Shown one piece after another: positions 36,825 through 45,953 of a stretch of DNA of 64,000 bases. A program made the translations under genes and the position numbers. The stretch comes from an uncultured Chloroflexia bacterium (GTDB lineage Bacteria; Chloroflexota; Limnocylindria; QHBO01), in assembly GCA_963782015.1 (NCBI GenBank), contig CAWAHY010000004.1, forward strand, positions 1,044,633 through 1,108,632, read 5' to 3'. The notes under the pieces are model-generated. The model was not told the origin of the DNA. It ran no database searches and was given only the letters and a program-made list of their open reading frames with translations. How positions within the stretch are numbered: position 1 is the stretch's first letter; each line of letters opens with the position of its first letter.

Positions 36825-37443
36825 GTGAACCGATTCCGCACCATCGCCATCACGGCGATCGCCGGATTTGTGCTGGTGGCCTGCGGGCCGGCGGCCTCAC
36901 AGTCCGTGGAGCCTGAGCCCGACGGCAGCCAGGCGGCGGGCCAGTCCGCCGGGGAGTCGCAGGGAGGCCCCGAGCCCTCGTTCTCCGCAGGGCTGGTGGC
37001 CGACCTCGAGGCGCTGATCCCCGACACGGTCGCGGACCTGACCATGCAGAAGGCGAGCATGCAGGGCAACGAGTACCTGGTCGATCCTGACGGCGACGCC
37101 GCGATGCAGCAGTTCCTCCAGGATGCCGGGGTCTCGCCCAGCGACATCTCGATGGCGTTCGGCTATGGCTACAACGCGGACTTCTCGTCCAACGCGTTCA
37201 TGTTCGTGGTCCGCGCCGAGGGTGCCAACTCGAATGCGCTGGTTCCCGCCTTCCAACAGGCGATGCAAGCCGATGCCGAAACCGCGATGCAATGGAGCAG
37301 CGCGAACGTGGGCGGCAAGCAGGTGCAGCAATCGCGACTCCGATGGAGGCACCACCTACCTGTACGCCAGTGGTGACGTCGTCTTCTGGATCTTCGCCAG
37401 CAGCGAAGAGATCGCGGCGGAGATCCTCAGCGGTCTCGACTGA
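36825..37443 (+). pseudogene. hypothetical lipoprotein, one frame break
   Basis: GTG 36825. MNRFRTIAITAIAGFVLVACG (lipobox) ...MQWSSANVGGKQVQQS runs to about 37335, then DSDGGTTYLYASGDVVFWIFASSEEIAAEILSGLD in the frame of ORF 37123..37443. Confidence 0.55.
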
Positions 37444-37482
37444 GACCGCGACAAGGCTGATATCGGCCGGGTCCCGCGCCTG

Positions 37483-38379
37483 ATGCCCGGGACCCGGCCT
37501 GAGACCCCGCCGCGCCCCGCCGCCGTCTTCGTCAATGAGGGCGCCGGCTCCGCACATTCCGCCCGTGTCCGCTCGGCGGTGTCCCTGACCCGGCGCGCGC
37601 TCGACGCCGACCTCCACGTCACCGATACCCGCGATCGCGAGGAGCTGGCCGCCTTCCTCGCCGAGCGGATCGGCGCGTACCGGACGGTGGTCATCGCCGG
37701 CGGCGACGGCTCGCTGGGGGTGGCCTACAACGCGGCCGCGGGCCGCGATCTCGTGCTGGGGTACATCCCCGCCGGCTTCGGCAATGCGACTGCGCACCTC
37801 CTCGACCTGCCCCGGCACCCCGCCGCGCTGGCGGGCCTCCTGGCGGCGGGGGAGGCTCGCCCGGTGGACCTGGTCGACATCAACGGCCGCCTGGCGCTCT
37901 TCGCCGGGGCCGGCTGGGACGCCCTGGTGGCGGGGCGCTACGCCTCGGGCGGCGCGAAGCAGGTGCGCGGCTGGGCCGGTTCGGTGGTCCGCTCGCTGCC
38001 TGACCTCTCGCGGCGCTGGGCGGTGCGCATCGAGGCGGACGACACCGCCGTGCACGACGGACCCATGATCCTGGCCGTGGTCAGCGTCACCCCCTTCTAC
38101 GGCCGCGGGCTGCGCGTGAACCCCGGCGCGCGCCCCGACGAGGGGCGCGTGACGCTGCGCGCCTACGCCGGACCGGCACCGAAACAGGCGGCCGAGGCGA
38201 TGCGCTGGGTGGCGCGCAGGCTGCCGTCGGCGCCCGCCGTCCACGCCGAGCGCGTGGTCGTCACCAGCCTCGACGAGCGGCCGATCCCGGTCCAGGCCGA
38301 CGGCGACCTGGTCGGCGCGGAGGTGGAGTGGCGGTTCGCGGTGCGGCCGGCCGCGGTCCGCCTCATCGGGAACTGGTGA
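37483..38379 (+). CDS. diacylglycerol/lipid kinase family protein (DAGK catalytic domain)
   Basis: VVIAGGDGSLGVAYNAA and LGYIPAGFGNATA match the DAGK_cat GGDG / PxGTGN-like motifs. Confidence 0.75.
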   Translation: MPGTRPETPPRPAAVFVNEGAGSAHSARVRSAVSLTRRALDADLHVTDTRDREELAAFLAERIGAYRTVVIAGGDGSLGVAYNAAAGRDLVLGYIPAGFGNATAHLLDLPRHPAALAGLLAAGEARPVDLVDINGRLALFAGAGWDALVAGRYASGGAKQVRGWAGSVVRSLPDLSRRWAVRIEADDTAVHDGPMILAVVSVTPFYGRGLRVNPGARPDEGRVTLRAYAGPAPKQAAEAMRWVARRLPSAPAVHAERVVVTSLDERPIPVQADGDLVGAEVEWRFAVRPAAVRLIGNW

Positions 38380-38385
38380 CGGAGC

Positions 38386-39514
38386 TCAGCCCAGGGCGCG
38401 GCGGACCTGGTCGAGGGCCGCGAAGGCTGCGCGGCGCTGGCGCTGCGGTCCGCTGCCGTGCACGCGCGCCTGGACGCGTTCGAGCGTCACGGTCCCGCTG
38501 AGGGAGACCTCGACGCGGCTGCGGCCGTGGGCGTCGATGGGGAGGAGCCTGAGCGAGAGCACGGCGTCTGCCGCCGGCTGGAGATCGGCGTCGAGCACGC
38601 CGCCAACGTACCGCACCGGCCCCGGCTCGGCCGCGGCCGCCAGGATGGCCAGCAGCGCGCCGCCGGTGCCGGATTCGACCGACGCCAGGGTTCGCACGCC
38701 CCGTTCGCCCATGACGCGCAGCGCAACGGAGGCCAGGTCGTCGTCATCGGTCCCGTAGACGTGCTCGCCGATCATGCCAAGCGCCCGCTCGACCGGCGCC
38801 TCGAGCGCGGCGGCCGCCCCGCGCGTCCAGAAGCGCAGGTGCACCCCGTCGTCGTGGGCATAGATGCCGGCCTCGACCCCGTCGCCCGGCGCCTCGAGCA
38901 GGTCGCCCACCAGCTCGGCCAGGGCCGACTCACCGATGCCGAAGGTCTTCACCTCGCGGCTCTGCACCGGGCGCGCGGAGAAGCGCGCGGCGAGGCGCGG
39001 GATGACCTGCTCGTCCCACATCCGGCGCATCTCGGACGGCACGCCGGGCATGAGGACGGTCACGGTGCCGTCGCGGTCGACCCACCAGCCGGGTGCCGAG
39101 CCGATCGGGTTGGGCGAGCGCCTGCGCCGACGGCACGCGCAACGCCTGGCGCAGGTTCGACTCCGGCATCGTCCCGAAGGCCGCGAAGCGCTCGCGCAGG
39201 GTCGCCGCCAGCGTGGCGTCCGGCGTCAGCTCTTCGCCGAGCGCATCCGCCAGCCCTTCGCGGGTGAGGTCGTCGTGGGTCGGACCCAGGCCGCCGGTGG
39301 CCACGACCAACGGGACGCGGCCACGCGCCTCGGCGAAGGCGGCGGCAATTACCGTGCGGTCATCGGGCAGCGCGCGGATGGAGCGCAGCGGGATCCCCAG
39401 CCGGGCGAGGGCCGCTCCCAGGAAGGCGGCGTTCGTGTCCACGGTCTCCCCGGCGAGCAGCTCCGAGCCGATGCTCAGCAGCTCGGCGAGGGGCCCGGCG
39501 CTCGGCGGATTCAT
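38386..39514 (-). pseudogene. cinA: CinA-like protein (MoCF-binding domain + nicotinamide-nucleotide amidase domain), one frame break
   Basis: LSIGSELLAGETVDTNAAFLGAAL...VVATGGLGPTHDDLT runs to about 39110. APGWWVDRDGTVTVLMPGVPSEMRRMW...ASVESGTGGALLAIL ends at stop 38386. Confidence 0.8.
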
Positions 39515-39544
39515 CGGTCAGCCAGTCTAGTAGGATGCGCCGAC

Positions 39545-39958
39545 ATGGCTTCCTCGATGAGCACCACGACCACCATCACGCCGGAGGTCCGCGCATGGCT
39601 GATGGCCGAGCTGCGCTTCCCGGTGATGGCGACCATCGGCAAGGACGGCATGCCGAGCCAGTCGGTCATCTGGTTCGACCTCGATCCGGACCGCGATGAC
39701 GTGGTGCTGCTCAACACGCTGGCCGGCCGGGTCAAGGATCGTCACCTGCGGCGCGATCCGCGGATCAGCCTCTGCTTCGAGGACGGGACCGACTACGTGA
39801 CGATCGAGGGGCGGGCCACCCTCTCCGACGACCATGAGAAGGCGCTCGACAACATCTGGGCCATGGCGCATCGCTACGGTCAGGGCGAGGGTTCGTTCGC
39901 GATGGGCGACCGGGTCGACATCACGGTGCACGTGGAGCGAGTGATCCGGCACCGGTGA
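39545..39958 (+). CDS. PPOX-class (pyridoxamine 5'-phosphate oxidase fold) probable F420-dependent enzyme
   Basis: ATG 39545. FPVMATIGKDGMPSQSVIWFDLD...VLLNTLAGRVKDRHLRRDPRISLCFEDG...VTIEGRA is a split-barrel flavin/deazaflavin pattern. Cofactor inferred from family recollection and context. Confidence 0.65.
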   Translation: MASSMSTTTTITPEVRAWLMAELRFPVMATIGKDGMPSQSVIWFDLDPDRDDVVLLNTLAGRVKDRHLRRDPRISLCFEDGTDYVTIEGRATLSDDHEKALDNIWAMAHRYGQGEGSFAMGDRVDITVHVERVIRHR

Positions 39959-40893
39959 GCGCTCCGATCCGGCTCGGCATGCTGGCCTGGAACCAGTACA
40001 CGACGTGGCCGGCCATGCGTGCCGCGGCGGTCCGCGCCGACGAGCTGGGCTATGACGACCTCTGGACCTGGGATCACCTGTACCCGATCGTCGGCTCGCC
40101 TGAGGGCCCCATCCTCGAGGGCTGGACGGTCATCACCGGCTGGGCCGGTGCCACGTCACGGGCGCGGCTGGGGCTCATGGTCGGTGCCAACACCCTGCGC
40201 AACCCGGCGCTGGTGGCGAAGATGGCGACGACGCTGGACCACGTCAGCGGGGGTCGCGCGATCCTGGGGATCGGCGGCGCCTGGTTCGAGACCGAGCATC
40301 TTGCGTATGGGATCCCGTTCGGCGGTTCGCCGGGGGAGCGGCTGCGCTGGCTGGATGAGGCGGCCCGGATCATGCGCGGCATGCTGCGCGGCGAGGAGCC
40401 GTCCGGGGAGCTGTTCTACGCTGCGCGGGCGGTGCGGAACGACCCGCCGCCGGTGCAGGACCGGCTGCCGCTGCTGATCGGGGGAGGTGGAGAGCGGCGC
40501 ACGCTGCGGACCGTGGCCCTCTACGCCGACATGTGCAACCTGGGCGGCGGCTTCGACAACGTGAGGCACAAGGACGAGGTGCTGCGCCGCCACTGCGCGG
40601 AGGTGGGCCGCGACGAGTCCGAGATCGAGCGGACGGTGGGGATGGGCGTCTGCCTCATCCGCGACACGGAGGACGAGGCGCGCCGCGTCAACGACGCCCT
40701 CTTCGCGCACAACGGGCGGGCGCGGGTGTGGCCCAACCAGCACATCGGGACGGCGGAGCAGGTGGCCGAGATGATGCGCCCGTACCTGGGGATCGGCTTC
40801 CGGCATTTCATCTGCGGCTTCCCCGGGCCCCATGACGCCGAGTCGATGGAGCGGATGATCACCCAGGTGAAGCCGATGCTCGAGGCCGGCTGA
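39955..40893 (+). CDS. LLM-class F420-dependent oxidoreductase (Rv1855c-like)
   Basis: GTGA overlap with the PPOX gene. LGMLAWNQYTTW...ADELGYDDLWTWDHL...EGWTVITGWAGATSRARLGLMVGANTLRNPALVAKMATTLDHVSGGRAILGIGGAW. Confidence 0.8.
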   Translation: MSAPIRLGMLAWNQYTTWPAMRAAAVRADELGYDDLWTWDHLYPIVGSPEGPILEGWTVITGWAGATSRARLGLMVGANTLRNPALVAKMATTLDHVSGGRAILGIGGAWFETEHLAYGIPFGGSPGERLRWLDEAARIMRGMLRGEEPSGELFYAARAVRNDPPPVQDRLPLLIGGGGERRTLRTVALYADMCNLGGGFDNVRHKDEVLRRHCAEVGRDESEIERTVGMGVCLIRDTEDEARRVNDALFAHNGRARVWPNQHIGTAEQVAEMMRPYLGIGFRHFICGFPGPHDAESMERMITQVKPMLEAG

Positions 40894-40925
40894 GCGGCTC
40901 GCAGCGCCATCCGTGTCGCGCGGGT

Positions 40926-41065
40926 TACAACGTTGCGTGGTACATCAACACATCCGGCCCCGCTACGGGGCCTGAGAGGGCCGTTTTGGTTGGATCCCAC
41001 TACCATGCGTGGTAGGGCGACGCCCCGCGCCGACCTCAGGTGCTGATGCACAACCATGGGTTGTA
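40926..41065. promoter_or_regulatory. palindromic sites (motif family 1) upstream of cofD
   Basis: TACAACGTTGCGTGGTA at 40926-40942 and CACTACCATGCGTGGTA at 40998-41014 (core CTACCA-TGCG-TGGTAG is a perfect palindrome). A related ACAAC-CATGG-GTTGT lies at 41050-41064. A GGCCCC-gctac-GGGGCC hairpin (40956-40972) and a T-run (40984-40987) lie between sites 1 and 2. Confidence 0.45.
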
Positions 41066-41108
41066 ACCGGGCCGAGGCCGGAGCCCCGCAGGCGGTACCC
41101 TCTCCCCC

Positions 41109-42050
41109 ATGAAGGTCGCGCTCCTTGCCGGCGGCACCGGCGGCGCCAAGCTGGCCCACGGCTTCCAGCTGGCCCTGCCGCCCGGCGACCTGACGGTGAT
41201 CGTCAACGTCGGCGACGACACCGATCGGTTCGGGCTGCTCGTCTGCCCGGATATCGACACGATCCTGTACACCCTCGCCGGCCTCGCCGACCGCGAGCAG
41301 GGCTGGGGCGTGGCGGGCGACACGGCCACCGCGCTCGGGATGCTCGAGCGGTACGGCGAGGAGGCCTGGTTCCGCATCGGTGACGCCGACCTGGCGACGC
41401 ACGTGCGCCGCGCGCACCTCATGCGCGACGGCTCCTCCCTGACCGATGCCACCGCCGCGATGGCCACCGCATTGGGCGTGCCGAGCCACCTGGTGCCGGC
41501 GACCGACCAGCGGCTGCGAACCGGCCTGGAGACCGATGTGGGCGAGCTCGACTTCCAGTCCTACTTCGTGCAGCGCGGCCAGCGCGACGAGGTCCGCGCG
41601 GTGCGCTTCGACGGGGCCGATTCCGCCCGACCCAGCCCCGCGGCGCTCGTGGCCCTGGCGACCGCCGAGCTGGTGGTGATCGGGCCGTCCAACCCGATCG
41701 TGAGCATCGGCCCGATCCTGGCCGTGCCGGGCATGCGCGAGGCGCTGCTCGCATCGCCCGCGCCGCGGATCGGGGTCAGCGGGATCGTGGCGGGCAAGGC
41801 GCTGCGCGGTCCGGCGGACCGGATGCTCACCTCGCTCGGCCACGAGTCGAGCGCCCTTGGCGTCGCGCGCCTGTACGCGGGGCTCGTCGAGCGGTTCGTG
41901 GTCGACGAGGCGGACGCGGCGCTGGCCCCGGCCATCGAGGCGCTCGGCATGGCGGTCAGCGTCCTGCCGACGGTGATGCGCGACGACGCGGATCGCGCCG
42001 GGCTGGCGCGAGCCCTTGTCGGGCTGGGCGAGGGTATGCTCCGGGGGTGA
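41109..42050 (+). CDS. cofD: 2-phospho-L-lactate (or enolpyruvyl) transferase CofD/FbiA
   Basis: MKVALLAGGTGGAKLAHG...VNVGDD...GLLVCPDIDT...VIGPSNPIVSIGPIL. Confidence 0.9.
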   Translation: MKVALLAGGTGGAKLAHGFQLALPPGDLTVIVNVGDDTDRFGLLVCPDIDTILYTLAGLADREQGWGVAGDTATALGMLERYGEEAWFRIGDADLATHVRRAHLMRDGSSLTDATAAMATALGVPSHLVPATDQRLRTGLETDVGELDFQSYFVQRGQRDEVRAVRFDGADSARPSPAALVALATAELVVIGPSNPIVSIGPILAVPGMREALLASPAPRIGVSGIVAGKALRGPADRMLTSLGHESSALGVARLYAGLVERFVVDEADAALAPAIEALGMAVSVLPTVMRDDADRAGLARALVGLGEGMLRG

Positions 42051-42643
42051 GCGTCCGGATCATCGTGCCGCACCGCGGCCTGGCCGCGGCCAAGACGCGC
42101 CTCGCCCCCGTCCTCGACGATACCGAGCGCGAGGCGCTCGCCCGGCGCCTGCTGGTCCGCGTGCTGGCCGTCGCGCACGCGGCCTGTGGCGACGTGGTGG
42201 TCATCAGCCCGTCTGACGCGCTCGGGCCGCTGGTGGCGACGGCCGGCGCACGGCTCGTCCACCAGCTCGGGCTGGGGCTCAACGCCGGGCTGGAGCAGGC
42301 TCGTCGCGAGGCCATCGCCGACGGGATCACGACGCTCCTGGTGCTGCACGGGGACCTTCCCAACCTGGCGACCGATGATGTCGCGGCGCTCCTCGACGCA
42401 GTGCCGCCCTCGGGGGGCGGGGCGATCGCGCAGGATCGGGCGGGGAGAGGCACGAACGCGCTGGCGCTGCGACCCCCCGACGCGATCGCGTTCCGGTTCG
42501 GGATCGGGTCGCTCGAGGCGCACCGCGCGGCCGCCACGGACGCGGGGGTGCCACTGGTCGAGGTCCATCGGCCGGGGCTGGCCTTCGACCTCGACACGCC
42601 CGCCGACCTGGCGCGCTGGATCGAGCTGGGCGACGCGGCATGA
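42047..42643 (+). CDS. cofC: phospholactate/phosphoenolpyruvate guanylyltransferase CofC/FbiD
   Basis: 4-nt overlap with cofD. IIVPHRGLAAAKTRLAPVL...LLVLHGDLPNL...AIAQDRAGRGTNALAL. Confidence 0.8.
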   Translation: MSVRIIVPHRGLAAAKTRLAPVLDDTEREALARRLLVRVLAVAHAACGDVVVISPSDALGPLVATAGARLVHQLGLGLNAGLEQARREAIADGITTLLVLHGDLPNLATDDVAALLDAVPPSGGGAIAQDRAGRGTNALALRPPDAIAFRFGIGSLEAHRAAATDAGVPLVEVHRPGLAFDLDTPADLARWIELGDAA

Positions 42644-43390
42644 TCATGCTGGTCGCCCTCGAGGGGATCCCGGAGGTGAAGCGGGGAGATCACCTGCCTT
42701 CCCTGATCAAGACGGCAATCGGCGCCGCGGGCATCAGCCTGGAAGCCGGAGACGTGCTGGTCGTCACGCAGAAGGTCGTCAGCAAGGCCGAGGGGCGCGT
42801 GGTGGAGCTGGCATCGGTCAGGCCCGGGGCGAAGGCGCGCGAGTGGGCCGACCACTGGGGGAAGGACCCACGCCAGGTGGAGCTCGTCCTCCAGGAGAGC
42901 GCGGAGGTGCTGCGGATGGCGAAGGGCGGGCTGATCATCTCGCGCACGCCGCACGGCTTCGTGTGCGCGAACGCCGGCGTCGACCTCTCGAACGTGGGGG
43001 GCGGCGAGGTTGCGACCCTGCTGCCGGTTGACCCCGATGCCTCCGCCCGCGCGCTTGCGCGACGGGTTGCGCGCGCTCACCGGGGTGGGGGTGGCTGTCG
43101 TCATCAGCGACTCGTTCGGGCGGCCGTGGCGGAACGGGATCGTGAACGTGGCAATCGGGTGCGCGGGGCTGGACGCGCTGGTCGACCTGCGCGGCACGCC
43201 GGACGTGCAGGGCCGCGTGATGCACTCGACGGTGATCGCGGTGGCCGACGAGCTGGCCTCCGCTGCGGACCTGGCCGGCGGCAAGGTCGCGCAGCGCCCT
43301 GTCGTGCTGGTGCGCGGCTGGGAGCACGAGGCGGGGGAGGGGGCCGCGGCGGCGCTCGTCATGGATCGAGAGCTGGACCTCTTCCCCTAG
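42640..43390 (+). pseudogene. cofE: F420-0:gamma-glutamyl ligase CofE (short, single-domain form), one frame break
   Basis: 4-nt overlap with cofC. GDVLVVTQKVVSKAEGRVV...FVCANAGVDLSNV...LLPVDPDASAR runs to about 43050. RLRDGLRALTGVGVAVVISDSFGRPWRNGIVNVAIG...VRGW ends at stop 43390. About 250 codons, with no room for a C-terminal nitroreductase-like domain. Confidence 0.85.
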
Positions 43391-43403
43391 GGGCCACGGC
43401 CTG

Positions 43404-43555
43404 GCGTACGCGCAGCGTGCACAGCCAAGAAGAAGGCCGAGTTCGTTGTCGCTCCTGTGCGCCCAGCGAGCACCGTCCGCAACCAATGGCTCTTTTCGCG
43501 CCGACCAGGCCCCGTTCGACCTGCAAGTCGCCGGCTGTGCACGCTCAGCGTGCAC
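43404..43555. repeat. palindromic repeats (motif family 2) in the convergent cofE / NTF2-like intergenic region
   Basis: GCGTACGC-GCA-GCGTGCAC at 43404-43422 and GTGCACGC-TCA-GCGTGCAC at 43537-43555 (perfect 9-1-9 palindrome). A degenerate copy CTGTGCGC-CCA-GCGAGCAC lies at 43455-43473. Confidence 0.5.
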
Positions 43556-43572
43556 GGAGCGGAGAGCGACGG

Positions 43573-43908
43573 CTACATCGGTTGCAGGAAGAGGGAAACG
43601 ATGTGCGCGCCCTCGACCCGGAAGTTCGCCTCGACCCGCATCGAGGGGGCGCCGGGGCGCATGACCGTCATGTCGGCGATGTAGCTGGCGCCCATGCTGC
43701 GGCCGTCGTTGGCGTACATCCGGAAGCCGTCACCGGCCCGGATGAACCAGCCACCCACCTTGTCGCGGCCGCGCAGGTTGGTTCGCTCGTCCGACCCAGG
43801 GACGGAGATCCCAAGCACCGCGTTCTCCGCGAAGAGAGCGACCGCGTCCTCGCGGCGGTCGTCGTTGATCAGCTCGATGAAGAGGTCGACGGTCTCGGTG
43901 GCACCCAT
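43573..43908 (-). CDS. NTF2-like / SnoaL-like small protein
   Basis: 111-aa ORF with good GC3 bias. MGATETVDLFIELINDDRREDAVALFAENAVL resembles the SnoaL-like polyketide cyclase fold family. Low specificity. Confidence 0.5.
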   Translation of the reverse strand: MGATETVDLFIELINDDRREDAVALFAENAVLGISVPGSDERTNLRGRDKVGGWFIRAGDGFRMYANDGRSMGASYIADMTVMRPGAPSMRVEANFRVEGAHIVSLFLQPM

Positions 43909-43950
43909 GCGGGCCAGTGTAGCGGCGGTCCGCGGCTAGACTCCCGCGAC

Positions 43951-44895
43951 ATGGAGCGGCTGCGGATCGGGCTGATCGGGTGGGGGACGGTTGGCGCTGC
44001 GCTCGGCGAGCTGATCGCCACCGGGCCGCTGCCGGTGGAGCTGGCACGCATCGCGATCCGGGACCCGGGCCGCGAGCGGGCGAGCGCGCTGCCGGCGGGC
44101 GTCGAGATCGGCCGAGCGGGCGTGGTGGTGGCTGCCCCGGACCTCGACGCGGTGGTGGAGCTGGCCGGCGGCATCGACGACCCGCTCGACTGGGCCCGTG
44201 CCACACTCGGCAATGGCCGTCCGTTCGTCACCGCCAACAAGGCGCTCCTCGCCACGCACGGCAACGCGCTGTCGCGGATCGCGCGGGGGCACCCGGGAGC
44301 GGCGCTCCTGGCGTCGGCCAGCGTCGGCGGCGGGACGCCCATGATCGAGACGGTCGAGCACCTGGCCGCGACGGGTGGCATCACCCGGCTCCGCGGGCTG
44401 CTCAACGCGACAACGACCTTCATCCTCTCCGCCATGGCCCAGGGGCGCTCGTACGACGAGGCGTTGGCGGCTGCCCAGGGCGCGGGCTACGCCGAGGCCG
44501 ATCCCTCCTTCGACGTCGAGGGGCGGGACGCCGCCCAGAAGCTCGCCATCCTGGCCTCGGTGGCGTGGGGCCGGTGGCGTCCCGAGCGCGAGGTGGAGAC
44601 GCAGGGTATCGTCGGCCTGACCGTCGAGCCGGGCCGGATCGTGCGGCTGGTGGCGGAGGCGGACGGGGAGGACCTGCGAGTGAAGCCGATGGAGCTGCTC
44701 CCCGGCACCGCGCTGGCATCGGCGTCGGGGGTGGAGAGTGTGCTGGAGGTGGAGGTGCGCGACGCGGGCACGTTCCGGGTGAGCGGCCCCGGCGCCGGTG
44801 GGCGCGCAACGGCAGGTGCCGTCTACGCCGACCTTGGCCGGCTCGTCGCCGGCGAGCGGCCGATCCTGTTCGCGCCGCGCGGAGGCGCGGGGTGA
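43951..44895 (+). CDS. hom: homoserine dehydrogenase (short form, no ACT domain)
   Basis: ATG 43951. IGLIGWGTVGAAL, FVTANKALLA, ASVGGGTPMIETV, LLNATTTFILSAM, GYAEADPSFDVEGRDAAQKLAILA. Confidence 0.85.
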   Translation: MERLRIGLIGWGTVGAALGELIATGPLPVELARIAIRDPGRERASALPAGVEIGRAGVVVAAPDLDAVVELAGGIDDPLDWARATLGNGRPFVTANKALLATHGNALSRIARGHPGAALLASASVGGGTPMIETVEHLAATGGITRLRGLLNATTTFILSAMAQGRSYDEALAAAQGAGYAEADPSFDVEGRDAAQKLAILASVAWGRWRPEREVETQGIVGLTVEPGRIVRLVAEADGEDLRVKPMELLPGTALASASGVESVLEVEVRDAGTFRVSGPGAGGRATAGAVYADLGRLVAGERPILFAPRGGAG

Positions 44896-45921
44896 GCGAC
44901 TGGCCGGTGGTCGGCGTCGCGGGCGCGCGCGGCGTGGTTGGCGGCGTCTTCCTCTCGATCCTGGCCGATGCGGGCCTCCCGGCGGCCAGCCTGCGCGCCT
45001 TCGGGACGGAGCCCGGCGAGGTGGCCTACCGCGGCGAGCGGCTGCCGGTCGCGGTCCTGGACGAGGCAGCGGCGGGGGAGCTGGAGGTCCTCTTCCTGGC
45101 GACCGACGCCGCCGTCTCGCGGGAGATCGTGGCCGGCCCGGGGCGCGCGGTGCCGCTCATCGTCGACAACTCGAGCGCCTTCCGGCTCGATCCCGCAGTG
45201 CCGCTGGTGGTTCCCGAGGCGAACGCCGCGGCGCTCCGCGGCCATATCGGCAACCTCGTCGCCAATCCGAACTGCACGACCGCCGCGGCGGCGGTGGTGC
45301 TTGCGCCGATCCGCGACCTCGCCGGCCTCGAGTCGGTCGACCTGGCCTCCTACCAGGCGGTCAGCGGGGCCGGCCGTGCCGGGCTGGATGCCTACGAGGC
45401 GGAGCGAGCGGCCGGTGGCACGGAGCGGGCGGATGGCTCTCCCTTCCACGGCCGCATCGCCGACAGCGTGGTGCCGCAGATCGACACCCTCGACGAATCG
45501 GGATGGTCGGGGGAGGAGCGCAAGGTGAGCGCCGAGCTGCGCAAGATCCTGGGCACTGCCCGGGCTGGACGTCGCCGCCACCACGGTCCGCGTCCCGGTC
45601 CACACCGGGCACTCCGTCGCGATCCACCTCCGCACCGAGCGCGCCACGACCGTCGCCGAGCTGGAGTCCGCTCTCCGCGCCGCGCCCGGCCTCGAGTACC
45701 GCCCCGTTGACGGTAGTCAACGCCACCCGATGCCGCTCGACGCCGCCGGCCGCGATCCGGTCCTGGTCGGGCGGCTGCGCGCGATCCCGGGGCGCGCCCG
45801 GGGCTTTGCGCTCTTCCTCAGTTCGGATAACCTTCGCAAGGGCGCTGCCCTGAACGCGATCCAGGTGGCGGCCGCGGCCGACCCGGAGCGCTTCGCCCGC
45901 CTCGTCCCGACCCCGCGCTGA
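44892..45921 (+). pseudogene. asd: aspartate-semialdehyde dehydrogenase, one frame break
   Basis: GTGA overlap with hom. VGVAGARGVVGGVF, VDNSSAFR, ANPNCTTAAA (active-site Cys), SYQAVSGAG. Frame shifts at CCCGGG 45559-45564. It continues GLDVAATTVRVPVHTGHSVAI...VGRLR...SDNLRKGAALNAIQVA to stop 45921. Confidence 0.9.
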
Positions 45922-45953
45922 CAACCCGATCCAACACGCCCTGGAGTCTGCCC

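Noticed and set aside
40956-40990. Intrinsic terminator after the LLM gene (GGCCCC-gctac-GGGGCC followed by GTTTTGG)
   Set aside because: The stem is only 6 bp and the T-run is 11 nt away from it. An alternative pairing is also weak. I mention it as context for the cofD leader but do not call it as a feature.
45705-45722. Perfect palindrome CGTTGAC-GGTA-GTCAACG
   Set aside because: It lies inside asd, where it encodes PVDGSQR in the correct frame. There is no second copy in the window, so it is most likely coincidental.
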